NCBI GenBank assembly: GCA_964408485.1
Contig: CAYOZJ010000003.1
Location: forward strand, 65,290 to 129,289
Length of the DNA: 64,000 bases
Direction: 5' to 3'
DNA from: an uncultured Gammaproteobacteria bacterium
Lineage (GTDB): Bacteria > Patescibacteriota > Microgenomatia > Levybacterales > UBA12049
The notes under the pieces: generated by a model
Databases searched by the model: none
The model's input: the letters and a program-made list of their open reading frames with translations, nothing else
What the model was told of the DNA's origin: nothing
Part shown: positions 37,980 to 48,416 of the stretch, piece after piece
How the letters are laid out: each line of letters begins with the position of its first letter
Numbering within the stretch: position 1 is the stretch's first letter
Program-made: the position numbers and the translations under genes

Positions 37980-39115
37980 GTATGAAAAAATTAGCAATTG
38001 TTCGAGGAAAGTTTTTGAATGCATATGAAATGCAGATTTTTGAGCCACTGCATAAGAAATATGACATTACTGCCTTTGGCTCAAAGACCGCTTATCATAG
38101 TACGTTTGCTTTTCCAACCGTACAACTTGCAAGTCCCATGGATATTTCTGACTTCCCTTTTAAAATGCCTGTTTTAAATAGAGCATTTATTGACGCGCAC
38201 TACTTATATGGTCTGGAAGAGAAACTACGGGGATTCGATATTGTCCATAGTGCTGAGACATATTTTAATTACACCCAACAAGCGATTAATGCGAGAGAAA
38301 AAGGATATGTTAAACGTGTAGTTGCAACGATTTTGGAAAACATACCTTTTAATAATGAAGGGATTTGGGGAAGAACATATTTTAAGAAAAGAGCGCGAGA
38401 AAAATTAGATCACATGATTGCACTTACAAAAAGAACACGGGATACGCTTATCTTGGAAGGTGCAGATCCAGAAAAGATTACCGTTATTTCCCATGGAATT
38501 GATACAAAACGTTTTACGCCAGGAAAAAATTGGTTGCGAAACGAAGGAGGTAAAAGAAAATTTACCATCCTTTTCTCAGGAAGATTTGAAATATATAAGG
38601 GAGTCCAAGAAATTCTTTATGCAGCAAAACTTCTTTTAGAAGACAAAAGTCTTTCACAATTTGACTTGCGGTTTGTCTTGGTTGGTGAGGGGAGTGAAAG
38701 AGAGAATATGTATGACTTGGAGAAAAAATTGGAAATAAAGCGATTTGTTAGTCATAAAAGTGTTACCTATACGCAAATGCCAGATATATATAGGAGTGCA
38801 GATCTTTTTTGGGCACCCAGTAAGCCAACAGTAACGTATCAAGAACAATACTGCACAGCGCTTTTGGAGGCACAAGCAGCAGGACTCCCTATTGTCACAA
38901 CTTTCTCTGGGGGAATACCCGAAAACGTAGGAGATGTAGCACAAATTATTGGCCCTGGAGATTTTTACTCACTTAAGGAGGCAATGAAAAAGTTTATTCT
39001 TAGTCCAAAGCTTCGTATCGCATATGCCAAGCGTGCGCGGAAGCGGGCAGAGATGGTCCATGATACAAGAATTATTGCAAAGCAACTTGACAATTTATAC
39101 AAAAAACTATTATGA
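37976..39115 (+). CDS. Glycosyltransferase family 4
   Basis: HGID, GRFEIYKG, EQYCTALLEAQAAGLP. Confidence 0.92.
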   Translation: MSMKKLAIVRGKFLNAYEMQIFEPLHKKYDITAFGSKTAYHSTFAFPTVQLASPMDISDFPFKMPVLNRAFIDAHYLYGLEEKLRGFDIVHSAETYFNYTQQAINAREKGYVKRVVATILENIPFNNEGIWGRTYFKKRAREKLDHMIALTKRTRDTLILEGADPEKITVISHGIDTKRFTPGKNWLRNEGGKRKFTILFSGRFEIYKGVQEILYAAKLLLEDKSLSQFDLRFVLVGEGSERENMYDLEKKLEIKRFVSHKSVTYTQMPDIYRSADLFWAPSKPTVTYQEQYCTALLEAQAAGLPIVTTFSGGIPENVGDVAQIIGPGDFYSLKEAMKKFILSPKLRIAYAKRARKRAEMVHDTRIIAKQLDNLYKKLL

Positions 39116-41349
39116 AGTTTTTGAAAAATTATTATCCAATTATTTTTCTTGGGCTTATTACCTGCATCCTTTTTTATAAAATACTTTTCTTTGGGCAAAT
39201 AATGTACGGAGCATTTGATAATTTTGATTATGTTACTCCGCTAAAATATTTTCTTGTTAATGAAATTCACCACGGAAATTTTCCTCTTTGGAATCCGTAT
39301 ATAGATATCGGAGTACCCTATCTTGCCGACATGACCATTGGGACATTTAGTATTTTTAATGTATTTTATTTTCTTTTTCCTGTTCCCTATGCAGTAGGAG
39401 TTATTGCTGCCATAGGAATATTCTTGCTGTCATTTTTTCACTATCTCTATTTACGCGCTCTTACTATATCGAAAATAGGAAGTCTTTTTGGCGCGATGGT
39501 ACTGGCACTCAGTGGAACAATTTTCCAGATTACTGGTGCTGTTGATACGCTTCCTGTTGTTGTCTATATTCCACTTATTTTTTTAGCCCTTCATCTATTT
39601 GTTATGAAAAAACAACTAAAATATTTGTTGTTATTAATTCTTTTCCAGACACTACAGATCCTTGCCGGACATCCACGGCCAACGTATTACACTATTCTTT
39701 TTGTTGCGTCATTTCTTTTATTTTGGAGCTCTTTCCAACTCAAGAAAAGATTAGTAATAATTGTCACCTATATAGTTGGTTTTCTTTCTCTATCCGCAGT
39801 GCAGCTCATGCCACTTATTGAAGGAGTTTTTCATTCAACGCGTCCTCTGTCCAGCATAGCGTACGCAAGTTCAGGAAATTTAACACCTGCGCATCTTCTG
39901 ACGTTTCTTTTTCCCACATTTTTTGGGTCTCATATGTATGGAACATGGTGGGGTCCACAAATTGAATTATATGGGTATTTGAGTGTTCCGGGTTTAATCT
40001 TTTTAGTCTACGGGATAGTAAAAGGGAAAGTCATTCATAAATCATTTTATCTTGTTTCACTCTTTCTTGCATTTTTTCTCGCACTTGGGAAAATTTCTCC
40101 TCTCTATGTTTTGTTTTATTACATAATTCCTGGATGGAAACAATTTCGTGATCCAATAGACATTCTCATTTTATTTATGATTTTTGCGAGTATTCTTATT
40201 GCAGCAGGATTTGATTACGCTATTAAAAATTCACGCAAGAGTTTTGTCAGAGCAAAAAAAGTACTTCCTGTAGCACTTGGTAGCACTGTTTTACTACTTG
40301 GATGGTACGTAGTGTCTGCAAGATCAAATTTTTGGAGTAATTTTTTGAATGGGTTGTACAAGACGTATCACATACACGTGTTAGGAAAACTGCTTATTTA
40401 TGACAGCAATAAATTACAAGTGATTTTTTCGGGAATCACCCAAAATGTGTTACTTTTTTTCTTTTTTTGGGCTGTGACAGCGGGAATCTTTGTACTTTTT
40501 TCAAGAAGAAAGAGTCTATTAGCATGGAGCTTTCTTTTATTCACAACGGCAGTATTTATTTATTTTGATAGCAGTATTGTAATGGTATCGTCAGCAAATC
40601 TTTACAAAACAACAAATCCTACGCGTAGTCTTACAGATGTTGCGAGTGGAAGCTATAGAATTCTTTCATTGCCCATTGACCTTCATCAGAATAGAAGAAG
40701 TCTCGCTATACCTGATTTTTTCTATAAGGAGTCTCAAGCAAAGCTATCAACCCTTCAGGCAAATTTCAATAGTATGTCTGGTATGTATCAAATAAGAGGA
40801 TTTACCACACTTACTCCCGGATCATTTGCAAAATTTATTCAAGAAAATCCCAAAAATATTATTGACATTGATTTCTCACACGTGACGGAGGAGCAGCTCA
40901 ATGAAACAAGTGTTAAATATATAATTTCCTATGATAGATTGTCTTCATTTTCCAATCATTTTTCTCCTATTTTAGAGAAACCTCATGCATATTATGTGTA
41001 TGAAAATCCTTCTGCATATAAAAGAGCGTATCTTCTGCATAATCCTTTAAAAGATCTAACAATAACATCAATTGATACACAGAAAATAAAAGTTGACGTT
41101 ACCTCGCCTTCCTCAGATAATCTTATTGTTACCGATTGGTACTATCCTGGATGGAGGGCAACGGTAAATGGTAGTAGTGTGGTCATTAAAGAGTATCACG
41201 GGACATTCCAGATGGTTGCAATTCCAAAAGGAAAATCCGTTGTTGTCCTGACCTACCAGTCCATACCATTTACCATAGGTCTTTGGATAACGATATTGTC
41301 CTTAGGATTAGGATGTGTTCTCTTTCTAGTAAGGAACAAGCACATATGA
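39112..41349 (+). CDS. YfhO-family membrane glycosyltransferase
   Basis: FPLWNPY..GVP, GHP, FRDP, YYPGWRATVNG. Confidence 0.85.
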   Translation: MKFLKNYYPIIFLGLITCILFYKILFFGQIMYGAFDNFDYVTPLKYFLVNEIHHGNFPLWNPYIDIGVPYLADMTIGTFSIFNVFYFLFPVPYAVGVIAAIGIFLLSFFHYLYLRALTISKIGSLFGAMVLALSGTIFQITGAVDTLPVVVYIPLIFLALHLFVMKKQLKYLLLLILFQTLQILAGHPRPTYYTILFVASFLLFWSSFQLKKRLVIIVTYIVGFLSLSAVQLMPLIEGVFHSTRPLSSIAYASSGNLTPAHLLTFLFPTFFGSHMYGTWWGPQIELYGYLSVPGLIFLVYGIVKGKVIHKSFYLVSLFLAFFLALGKISPLYVLFYYIIPGWKQFRDPIDILILFMIFASILIAAGFDYAIKNSRKSFVRAKKVLPVALGSTVLLLGWYVVSARSNFWSNFLNGLYKTYHIHVLGKLLIYDSNKLQVIFSGITQNVLLFFFFWAVTAGIFVLFSRRKSLLAWSFLLFTTAVFIYFDSSIVMVSSANLYKTTNPTRSLTDVASGSYRILSLPIDLHQNRRSLAIPDFFYKESQAKLSTLQANFNSMSGMYQIRGFTTLTPGSFAKFIQENPKNIIDIDFSHVTEEQLNETSVKYIISYDRLSSFSNHFSPILEKPHAYYVYENPSAYKRAYLLHNPLKDLTITSIDTQKIKVDVTSPSSDNLIVTDWYYPGWRATVNGSSVVIKEYHGTFQMVAIPKGKSVVVLTYQSIPFTIGLWITILSLGLGCVLFLVRNKHI

Positions 41350-43538
41350 ATACAAAAGTAATTAGAAACTTGTTTTACCATATTTGGCCATTTTTATTTT
41401 TGGGACTTCTGTTAGTTATTTTATTTTGGCAGGTATTTTTTAAGGGATACGTATTTATTGATGGCGATAATTTTCATCTCAATATTCCCCTTAAGTATTT
41501 TTTGGTCGATGCGCTCAGTCATGGCTATTTCCCTTTTTGGAATCCCTATGTACTTGGAGGTATGCCATATGCTGCAGTTATCAATCTTGCAGTCTTTAAC
41601 TGGTTGAATGTGTTGTATGTTTTCTTTCCCGTTCCAAGAGCACTAACGGTGCAAGTAATAGTTGATTTGTTTCTTATTGGTAGCTTTCACTTTCTTTTTC
41701 TGCGAAGTAAGCAGATGTCCAAAGTGGTTAGCCTTATTGGTGGAGTTATCTTTATGCTTTCAGGAACAGTATTTGCATTTGTAGATCATGTAGCAATTTT
41801 GGATACGATTGTGTACATACCAGTCCTTTTTTTGCTATTTGGCTTGTTTTTTAGGAAAAATAAATTGCGGTTTCTATTCCTGGGAATCCTAGCTCAATTT
41901 CTTCAAATTCTTTCAGGTCACCCTCAGATAACCTATTACACGATATTTTTTATTCTCTTGTATATACTATTTCAAAGACAATTGTCACTAGGGATGAGAC
42001 TGAAATATGGTTTGGTCTATATACTTTTTTCCATTGGACTCGCATCTTTTCAATTAGTTCCTTTTGTTGAATTGGTGCTTCGTGCAAATAGACCTGTGGG
42101 ATCTTTATCATATGCAACTTCTGGTAGTTTTGATTTTGCTCATCTCCTCACAATTTTCTTTCCAACCTTTTTTGGTACGAAATTGTTAGGTAATTGGTGG
42201 GGAAGTCAAACAATGTTGGTCGGATATATAGGTGTAGCTCCGTTACTATTTCTCTTTCTTGGAATCAGGTATGCAAAATTTAGAGAAAAGACGTATTTCC
42301 TTTTTGGTCTTATTCTTTCATTTGTATTATCACTGGGAAAAGTTGGTCTTATTTATTTTTTGTTTTATTTTTTTGTTCCAGGATGGTCGTCTTTCCGATC
42401 ACCCTTTGATCTTTTCATTTTTACGACATTTTTTGCCACACTATTTGTTGCCCAAGGATTAGAGATAGCTATCAAAAAGAATAATTCATTTAACTTTCTT
42501 GGTAAAAAAATAGGTATTGTTTCCTCGATCCTACTTGCTTTTTCAATACTTATTTTAGTGTTAACGAATACAGTTACTTCATGGACACGTATAGGTATAT
42601 TCCTGTCTGCGTATCAGGTACCAGTTGTTAGCAAAATACTTTTCTATGATCCCTCCAAAATTCAGGAGGTAGCAACATGGATAAATGGCAATGTGGGCTT
42701 TTTCCTTCTATTTACTTTTCTTACAGGTTGTATTATTTGGAAATTCCTAAAATACAAAATAGTTAGCTTTATATTCCTTGTATGTATTGCGATAAATTTA
42801 CTTATCATAAATTTTTCCTATCTTCAGTTTGCTCCTCTAAAGTTTTATAACAGAATTCTTCCCTCATCTCTATATGCTTCCAAAAGTGGTATGTATAGAG
42901 TCTTTGCAAAAGAAACGAGCGTAAAACAGGATAGAAAATTTCTCCCAGGACCTAACTTTTTTTATGATGAAGGAGAGCGTAACATGATTGGCATTACGGA
43001 TAATAGGGCAGTGCCACTAAAAATATATTCAATAACCGGATATTCATCTCTTATTCTCAAAAATTATGCAGCTTTTCTCTCAAGCGAAAATATTACCGGA
43101 ATCACTCAATCATCCATTACAAGTCAAATGCTAAATGAATTAGGAGCAAAATATATCCTTAATGTAAATCCAGATGCTTCACTTTCTGTTACAGAGAATT
43201 CGTCTGCACTGCCAAGAGTAAGACTTTTGGATACGAATGGTATGGTACGTATTTTGCAAATGAAACCAAATAGCATTACCCTTTCTGTACAATCAAAGAA
43301 AGAAAATACTGTTATTCTTGCAGACTCGTATTATCCTGGATGGAAAGCGTATGTAAATGGAAAAGAGATGATAATACAAACCTATCATCATATGTTTAGG
43401 TCTGTGTCAGTCCCGAGTGGTTTTTCGACAGTTATTTTTGTGTATGATCCACTGAGCTGGAAAGTAGGTTTGGCGCTTTTTTTCTTTTTTCTTGCTGTAC
43501 TTGGGATTAGTATATATCGATTTAAAAAATATGTATAA
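41346..43538 (+). CDS. YfhO-family membrane glycosyltransferase (paralog of the preceding gene)
   Basis: FPFWNPY..GMP, GHPQ, FRSP, YYPGWKAYVNG. Confidence 0.85.
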   Translation: MNTKVIRNLFYHIWPFLFLGLLLVILFWQVFFKGYVFIDGDNFHLNIPLKYFLVDALSHGYFPFWNPYVLGGMPYAAVINLAVFNWLNVLYVFFPVPRALTVQVIVDLFLIGSFHFLFLRSKQMSKVVSLIGGVIFMLSGTVFAFVDHVAILDTIVYIPVLFLLFGLFFRKNKLRFLFLGILAQFLQILSGHPQITYYTIFFILLYILFQRQLSLGMRLKYGLVYILFSIGLASFQLVPFVELVLRANRPVGSLSYATSGSFDFAHLLTIFFPTFFGTKLLGNWWGSQTMLVGYIGVAPLLFLFLGIRYAKFREKTYFLFGLILSFVLSLGKVGLIYFLFYFFVPGWSSFRSPFDLFIFTTFFATLFVAQGLEIAIKKNNSFNFLGKKIGIVSSILLAFSILILVLTNTVTSWTRIGIFLSAYQVPVVSKILFYDPSKIQEVATWINGNVGFFLLFTFLTGCIIWKFLKYKIVSFIFLVCIAINLLIINFSYLQFAPLKFYNRILPSSLYASKSGMYRVFAKETSVKQDRKFLPGPNFFYDEGERNMIGITDNRAVPLKIYSITGYSSLILKNYAAFLSSENITGITQSSITSQMLNELGAKYILNVNPDASLSVTENSSALPRVRLLDTNGMVRILQMKPNSITLSVQSKKENTVILADSYYPGWKAYVNGKEMIIQTYHHMFRSVSVPSGFSTVIFVYDPLSWKVGLALFFFFLAVLGISIYRFKKYV

Positions 43539-45144
43539 GACGTTTAAAAACAATTTTTTTCTATTACTTTTTCTTATTATTTTTCTTGTTATTTCAGTAG
43601 CGAGTATTTTTAGACAATCATTAGGCTTCGATGAAATAGTTGACTTGCAAGAGGGGAGAAATGCAATTCTTTATCATACATTTAATATCGATCCATACAA
43701 CACACCGCTTACCCGTGAAATTGGTGTATTGCCATATGTTTTTACAAAGGATTTTTACAAAAGCGAGAGGTATGTTTTGGATAATCCACTTCCTGGAAGA
43801 TTGGGAATTACTATTTTAGGAGCTTTGCTCTTAGTGAGTACATATTTTTTTACTAAAAAGTTTTTTGGTAAATCTGTTGCAATCTTTGCTACATTTCTCC
43901 TTACTTTTGAGCCAACATTCCTGGCAAATAGTCATTTACTCACTATGGATACAAGTGCTACTTTATTTTTTCTTTTAAGTATTTGGATGGCCATTAATTT
44001 TTTAGAAAAACCAACGAAAAAAAATCTATTCTTTCTTGGCGTTGCTATTGGTCTAGGATGCGCAAGTAAAATATCATTCATTCCCTTTTTTGCTGTTTCG
44101 ATACTTGGTATCTTTGTGTATCGATATATAAAAACAAAAAAACATACTCCAATTAAATTTTGGAATACATTGTCTTTGGTAGTAATAATACTCATAACAA
44201 TTTGGTCAACATACTTTTTTAATTGGCATGTAGTAATAAAGGAAAGAACCGACTCAAATAGAGTGTCAGAAAAAATTCTTACCTATTCTAAGGAGCACAA
44301 TGTACCTGTCTTTGCGACCCTTGTTACATTTGGGAAAACGCAGCCTATTCCGCTCGGGGATTTTTTAGCAACAATTAAAAATAATGCGTTGCGAAGTAGT
44401 GCACCAAAGTGTTTTTTCTTGGGAACATACTATGCTTCGTGCAAATGGTATTTTATTCTTATTAATTTTCTTTTAAAGATTCCAATCATCTTTATTATTC
44501 TTATTATTAGTAGCATAGGTACATTACATGTATCAAAAAACAAAAATCTTTATATTATAGGTATTCCTATTATTGCTCTTTTTGTTATTGCTATGGCTAC
44601 TGATAAAGTGTATCCATTTGTCAGATACCTTCTCCCCATGTATCCTTTTCTTGCAATACTCAGTGCAATAACATGGCCGTTGTGGCAGAAAAAAATAGGG
44701 ACAAAAATACTTCTTGCTGGATTATGCTTGTGGTATGTTGTCTCAACATTTTTTACCTTCCCCAATTTCTTAGGGTATGCAAATGAGTTTGCCGGTAATC
44801 CAAACGCGCGGTACCTTATCCTTACAGACAATAATTTGGATTGGGGACAGAATTTACCAGCAGTTAAGAAATATATTGACGAAAATAGGCCTCATATGGT
44901 TAGATTTTCATACTTTGGTCGAGATAACGCAGATTTGTACGGGTTGCAAAGTACCATGCCATACGGAAGTTATAAAAATAATGAAATTTGTGAATTCCAC
45001 GCAATACTGACTTCTCATAATACGGGTAAAGACATTACTATCATAAGCTCTTCTAATTGGTGGTTTTGTGGATATTACAAACAAAAACAATTTGCAAAAA
45101 ATAACATTAAAGATGTGATTGCTCAGACAATACTCGTTTTTTAA
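43531..45144 (+). CDS. GT39/ArnT/PMT-like membrane glycosyltransferase
   Basis: SLGFDE, FEPTFLANSHLLTMD, RYLLP, DNNLDWGQ. Confidence 0.85.
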   Translation: MYKTFKNNFFLLLFLIIFLVISVASIFRQSLGFDEIVDLQEGRNAILYHTFNIDPYNTPLTREIGVLPYVFTKDFYKSERYVLDNPLPGRLGITILGALLLVSTYFFTKKFFGKSVAIFATFLLTFEPTFLANSHLLTMDTSATLFFLLSIWMAINFLEKPTKKNLFFLGVAIGLGCASKISFIPFFAVSILGIFVYRYIKTKKHTPIKFWNTLSLVVIILITIWSTYFFNWHVVIKERTDSNRVSEKILTYSKEHNVPVFATLVTFGKTQPIPLGDFLATIKNNALRSSAPKCFFLGTYYASCKWYFILINFLLKIPIIFIILIISSIGTLHVSKNKNLYIIGIPIIALFVIAMATDKVYPFVRYLLPMYPFLAILSAITWPLWQKKIGTKILLAGLCLWYVVSTFFTFPNFLGYANEFAGNPNARYLILTDNNLDWGQNLPAVKKYIDENRPHMVRFSYFGRDNADLYGLQSTMPYGSYKNNEICEFHAILTSHNTGKDITIISSSNWWFCGYYKQKQFAKNNIKDVIAQTILVF

Positions 45145-45145
45145 T

Positions 45146-45979
45146 ATGAAAGTTTTTATTATTATTCTCCATTTCGGTGATATACAAATTACTCAGGAGT
45201 GTGTTGCGAGTTTGTATAAAAATGAGAAATATCCATTCACCATAGTTATTGTGAATAATATGCCAGCTATCTATACGCCAAATACTTTTTCAAAAAGAAG
45301 CGTTGTAGTAATAAATAACAAAAAAAATCTTGGATTCTCTGGTGGAGTAAATGTTGGAATACGCTACGCATTAAAAAATAAAGCAGAAGCAATTTGTCTG
45401 TTGAATAATGATACTCATATTCAAAAACCTTTTCTACAAACGTTGCTTGTTGCATTGCAAGATAAATCAGTTGGAATTGTTGGCCCTGCAATTGAGTTTA
45501 AGAAAAATAAAAAAAGACTTTTTGACATTGGTGGGAAAATAAATAAATTGTTTTTCCGAACGTCGCATACTGAAGTATCAAAGATTACTACTAAAGTCGC
45601 GCATCAGGTCGAATACGTCTCAGGTTGCTGCATGCTTATTAAAAAAGATGTTTTTGCAAAGTCCGGATTATTTGATGAGAAATTCTTTCTTTATTATGAG
45701 GATACAGATTTTTGCTTGAGAGCAAAAAAGAATGGATTGTTTTCGGTTGTTGTTCCATCGGTTGTTATACAACATGAATTAAGTAAGTCTGCGGGAAAAA
45801 TGTCTCAATTGGCAATATTTCACTTGGTCAGAAGTAGTATTATTTTTGGAAAAAAGTATGCAAAGACGCCGTTTCAGAAATTGGCAAATAGAATCTTCAT
45901 TCTTTTCCAATGTGTGCTTTTTTTTAAGGCGAATCCTCATGCAGGAATTGGTATTGCGAAAGCGCTCTTGCATGCGTAG
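45146..45979 (+). CDS. Glycosyltransferase family 2
   Basis: NLGFSGGVN, LLNND, FFLYYEDTDFC. Confidence 0.92.
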   Translation: MKVFIIILHFGDIQITQECVASLYKNEKYPFTIVIVNNMPAIYTPNTFSKRSVVVINNKKNLGFSGGVNVGIRYALKNKAEAICLLNNDTHIQKPFLQTLLVALQDKSVGIVGPAIEFKKNKKRLFDIGGKINKLFFRTSHTEVSKITTKVAHQVEYVSGCCMLIKKDVFAKSGLFDEKFFLYYEDTDFCLRAKKNGLFSVVVPSVVIQHELSKSAGKMSQLAIFHLVRSSIIFGKKYAKTPFQKLANRIFILFQCVLFFKANPHAGIGIAKALLHA

Positions 45980-46006
45980 TTAAGTGCTTGTTAGAATAAA
46001 GAAGCA

Positions 46007-46750
46007 ATGAGCATTTCTGCTGTTATCCTTACCCACAACGAAGAGAATAATATTAGTGATTGTCTAAAAAGTCTTTCTTGGTGCGATGAACAGATTGTTG
46101 TTGATGACGATTCAACAGATAAAACAATTGAGATAGCTAAAAAACATGTCGCAACTGTTTACATGCGTGGGCTTGGGGATGATTTTGCAATGCAGCGCAA
46201 TTTTGGATTGGAAAAAGCAAAATATGATTGGATATTATTTGTTGATGCAGACGAGAGAGTGACCACAACGCTTAAAGGCGAGATCCTGAAACAGATTGAG
46301 AATGACAAGGTGAATGGGTACTATATAAAACGGGAAGACACAATGTGGGGGAAAGTCTTCAAACATGGTGAGCAGGGAGAGGTTCAATTACTGAGATTGG
46401 GAAGAAAAGGAAAAGGGAAGTGGACAGGAAAAGTTCATGAGACATGGAGTATAGAAGGTCCAAAAGATAGTCTTGAAAATCCCCTTTCGCACTTCCCTCA
46501 CCCGACTCTTAAAGAGTTTCTCATAAAAATTAATTTTTATTCAACACTTCGTGCGAATGAATTGCATAATCAGGGTGTTAGAGCAAATTGGTTGTCAATT
46601 ATTGCACATCCAAAAGTAAAATTTTTTCAAGACTACTTCGTAAAGTTAGGATTTTTAGATGGGATTGAGGGATTTATCGTTGCAATGCTCATGAGCATGC
46701 ACGCATTTTTGGTGCGAGGGAAATTATGGCAACTAGACAAAAAATCATAA
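46007..46750 (+). CDS. Glycosyltransferase family 2 (KdtX/WaaE-like)
   Basis: ILTHNEE, DDDSTD, QRNF, FVDADE, VHE. Confidence 0.92.
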   Translation: MSISAVILTHNEENNISDCLKSLSWCDEQIVVDDDSTDKTIEIAKKHVATVYMRGLGDDFAMQRNFGLEKAKYDWILFVDADERVTTTLKGEILKQIENDKVNGYYIKREDTMWGKVFKHGEQGEVQLLRLGRKGKGKWTGKVHETWSIEGPKDSLENPLSHFPHPTLKEFLIKINFYSTLRANELHNQGVRANWLSIIAHPKVKFFQDYFVKLGFLDGIEGFIVAMLMSMHAFLVRGKLWQLDKKS

Positions 46751-46823
46751 GCTTGGCACTTCTTGTGTGGGTCATTTTTGTCCTTTGTAATTATGTGGCA
46801 TTTCTGCTTTGTAGAGGAGGGAT

Positions 46824-48416
46824 ATGTTGGAGATAGCATTTGCCATTGGTATTTTTTCCTATGTTATTTATTTTTTGGGACTTGTTGGACTTTTTTATAA
46901 TCCTATTCTTATTGCAACGACTCTTTTGTATTGGGGGGCATTTTTCTTTTGGAAGAGGCATAGAATCTGGGACATACTTAAGAGAGGTATATTTTTTGTA
47001 AAAAAGCCATTCGCATTTCTTGCTGTAGGGTATATTTTTCTTCAGGCCATTATTAATGTAATTGGACTTTTTGGTCCTGAAATTGGATTTGACGCGACAT
47101 GGTATCACTTAACGCTTCCTAAGTTATATCTAATGTGGCATAGCATTGTGCATATTCCAGGAGGCGTATTGTATTACTCAGATATGCCCAAGCTTACCGA
47201 AATGTTGTATGCAGTAGGACTTTCTTTTGGAAGTGATTTTTTTGCCCGGGGAATTCATTTTGTCTTTGGTCTTCTCACATGCATTGTTGTCTATAAACTA
47301 GGTCGTAAATTCTTTTCGTGGCAATGGGCTCTCCTTCTTCCAATTATTTTTTACAGTAATTTAGTTGTTGATTGGGAATCAGTGAGTGGATATATTGACT
47401 TGTCACGTACATTCTTCTTCGCAACGTCTCTTTTGGCTTTTTTTACATGGTTTGAGAGAAAAGAAAAGAAATATCTTATTTACTCAGGGATTTTAGTTGG
47501 GTTAACAATTTCAACCAAACTTCTTTCATTGCCTGATATTGCGCTCTATTGTGCAGCACTCCTTTTTATTGATTATAAAACACTCTCTCTTTCAAGAAGA
47601 CTCAAACGAATTGGCACATTTCTTCTGTATGTTTTTCTTTGTCTTTTGCCCTGGATGACTTTTTCTTTTATTCATACTGGCAATCCGATTTACCCAATGA
47701 TTACGTCGTATTATGTGGGTAACTATTGGGCAATTTTGAGTCCGCTCTTTCTCATTATGTCTGTGTGGAATACATTTGCAACGTCATCTGACCCAATAAA
47801 TCCGATCTTTCTTGCATTACTGCCATTTTTTATAATCTATGCAAAAAAGCTGTGGCATCAGGTGCCACTTGTTGTGCTCTTTGCCGTGGGAGGAATTATT
47901 ATTTGGTACATAACGCCCCAAACAGGCGGTGGAAGATATATTCTGCCATATCTTATTCCACTTTCTGTGGTAGGTGTATGGGTAATTCAGCAATTGTCCA
48001 AGAAGTGGCAGAGGGTGTTTATTTTCTTTTTAGCTCTTGTCGCCTGTGTTTCTGTGGGATATAGAGCAATGGCTGCAGAGAAATTTATCCCCCTTTTCTC
48101 AGGGAAGGAAAGCAAAGCAGAATTTATGGCGACTCACTTGCAATACAATTTAGGAGATTTTTATGATACAGATGGGTACTTTGCTCACCATATAAAACCA
48201 ACAGATAGAGTCCTTCTCTATAATTTCCATAATTTATATTATGTAGATTTTTCTTTTGTTGATAGCACGTGGGTTAAAAAAGGTGACACATTCAACTATA
48301 TTGCGGTTCAGGGGAATGGTATGCCAGAGCGATTTATGTATTGGCAACTTGTGTATACGAATCCACTTACGCAGGTGCGGCTATACAATTTTAAAGGACA
48401 AACATGGTATTACTAG
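46824..48416 (+). CDS. GT-C-fold membrane glycosyltransferase-like protein
   Basis: FDATWYHL.LPK, YID, GRYILP; many TM helices. Confidence 0.75.
   Translation: MLEIAFAIGIFSYVIYFLGLVGLFYNPILIATTLLYWGAFFFWKRHRIWDILKRGIFFVKKPFAFLAVGYIFLQAIINVIGLFGPEIGFDATWYHLTLPKLYLMWHSIVHIPGGVLYYSDMPKLTEMLYAVGLSFGSDFFARGIHFVFGLLTCIVVYKLGRKFFSWQWALLLPIIFYSNLVVDWESVSGYIDLSRTFFFATSLLAFFTWFERKEKKYLIYSGILVGLTISTKLLSLPDIALYCAALLFIDYKTLSLSRRLKRIGTFLLYVFLCLLPWMTFSFIHTGNPIYPMITSYYVGNYWAILSPLFLIMSVWNTFATSSDPINPIFLALLPFFIIYAKKLWHQVPLVVLFAVGGIIIWYITPQTGGGRYILPYLIPLSVVGVWVIQQLSKKWQRVFIFFLALVACVSVGYRAMAAEKFIPLFSGKESKAEFMATHLQYNLGDFYDTDGYFAHHIKPTDRVLLYNFHNLYYVDFSFVDSTWVKKGDTFNYIAVQGNGMPERFMYWQLVYTNPLTQVRLYNFKGQTWYY

Noticed and set aside
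39112-43538. Diversity-generating retroelement or recent DNA duplication in the YfhO pair
   Set aside because: Similarity is old protein-level paralogy; no reverse transcriptase or adenine-specific TR/VR pair was seen
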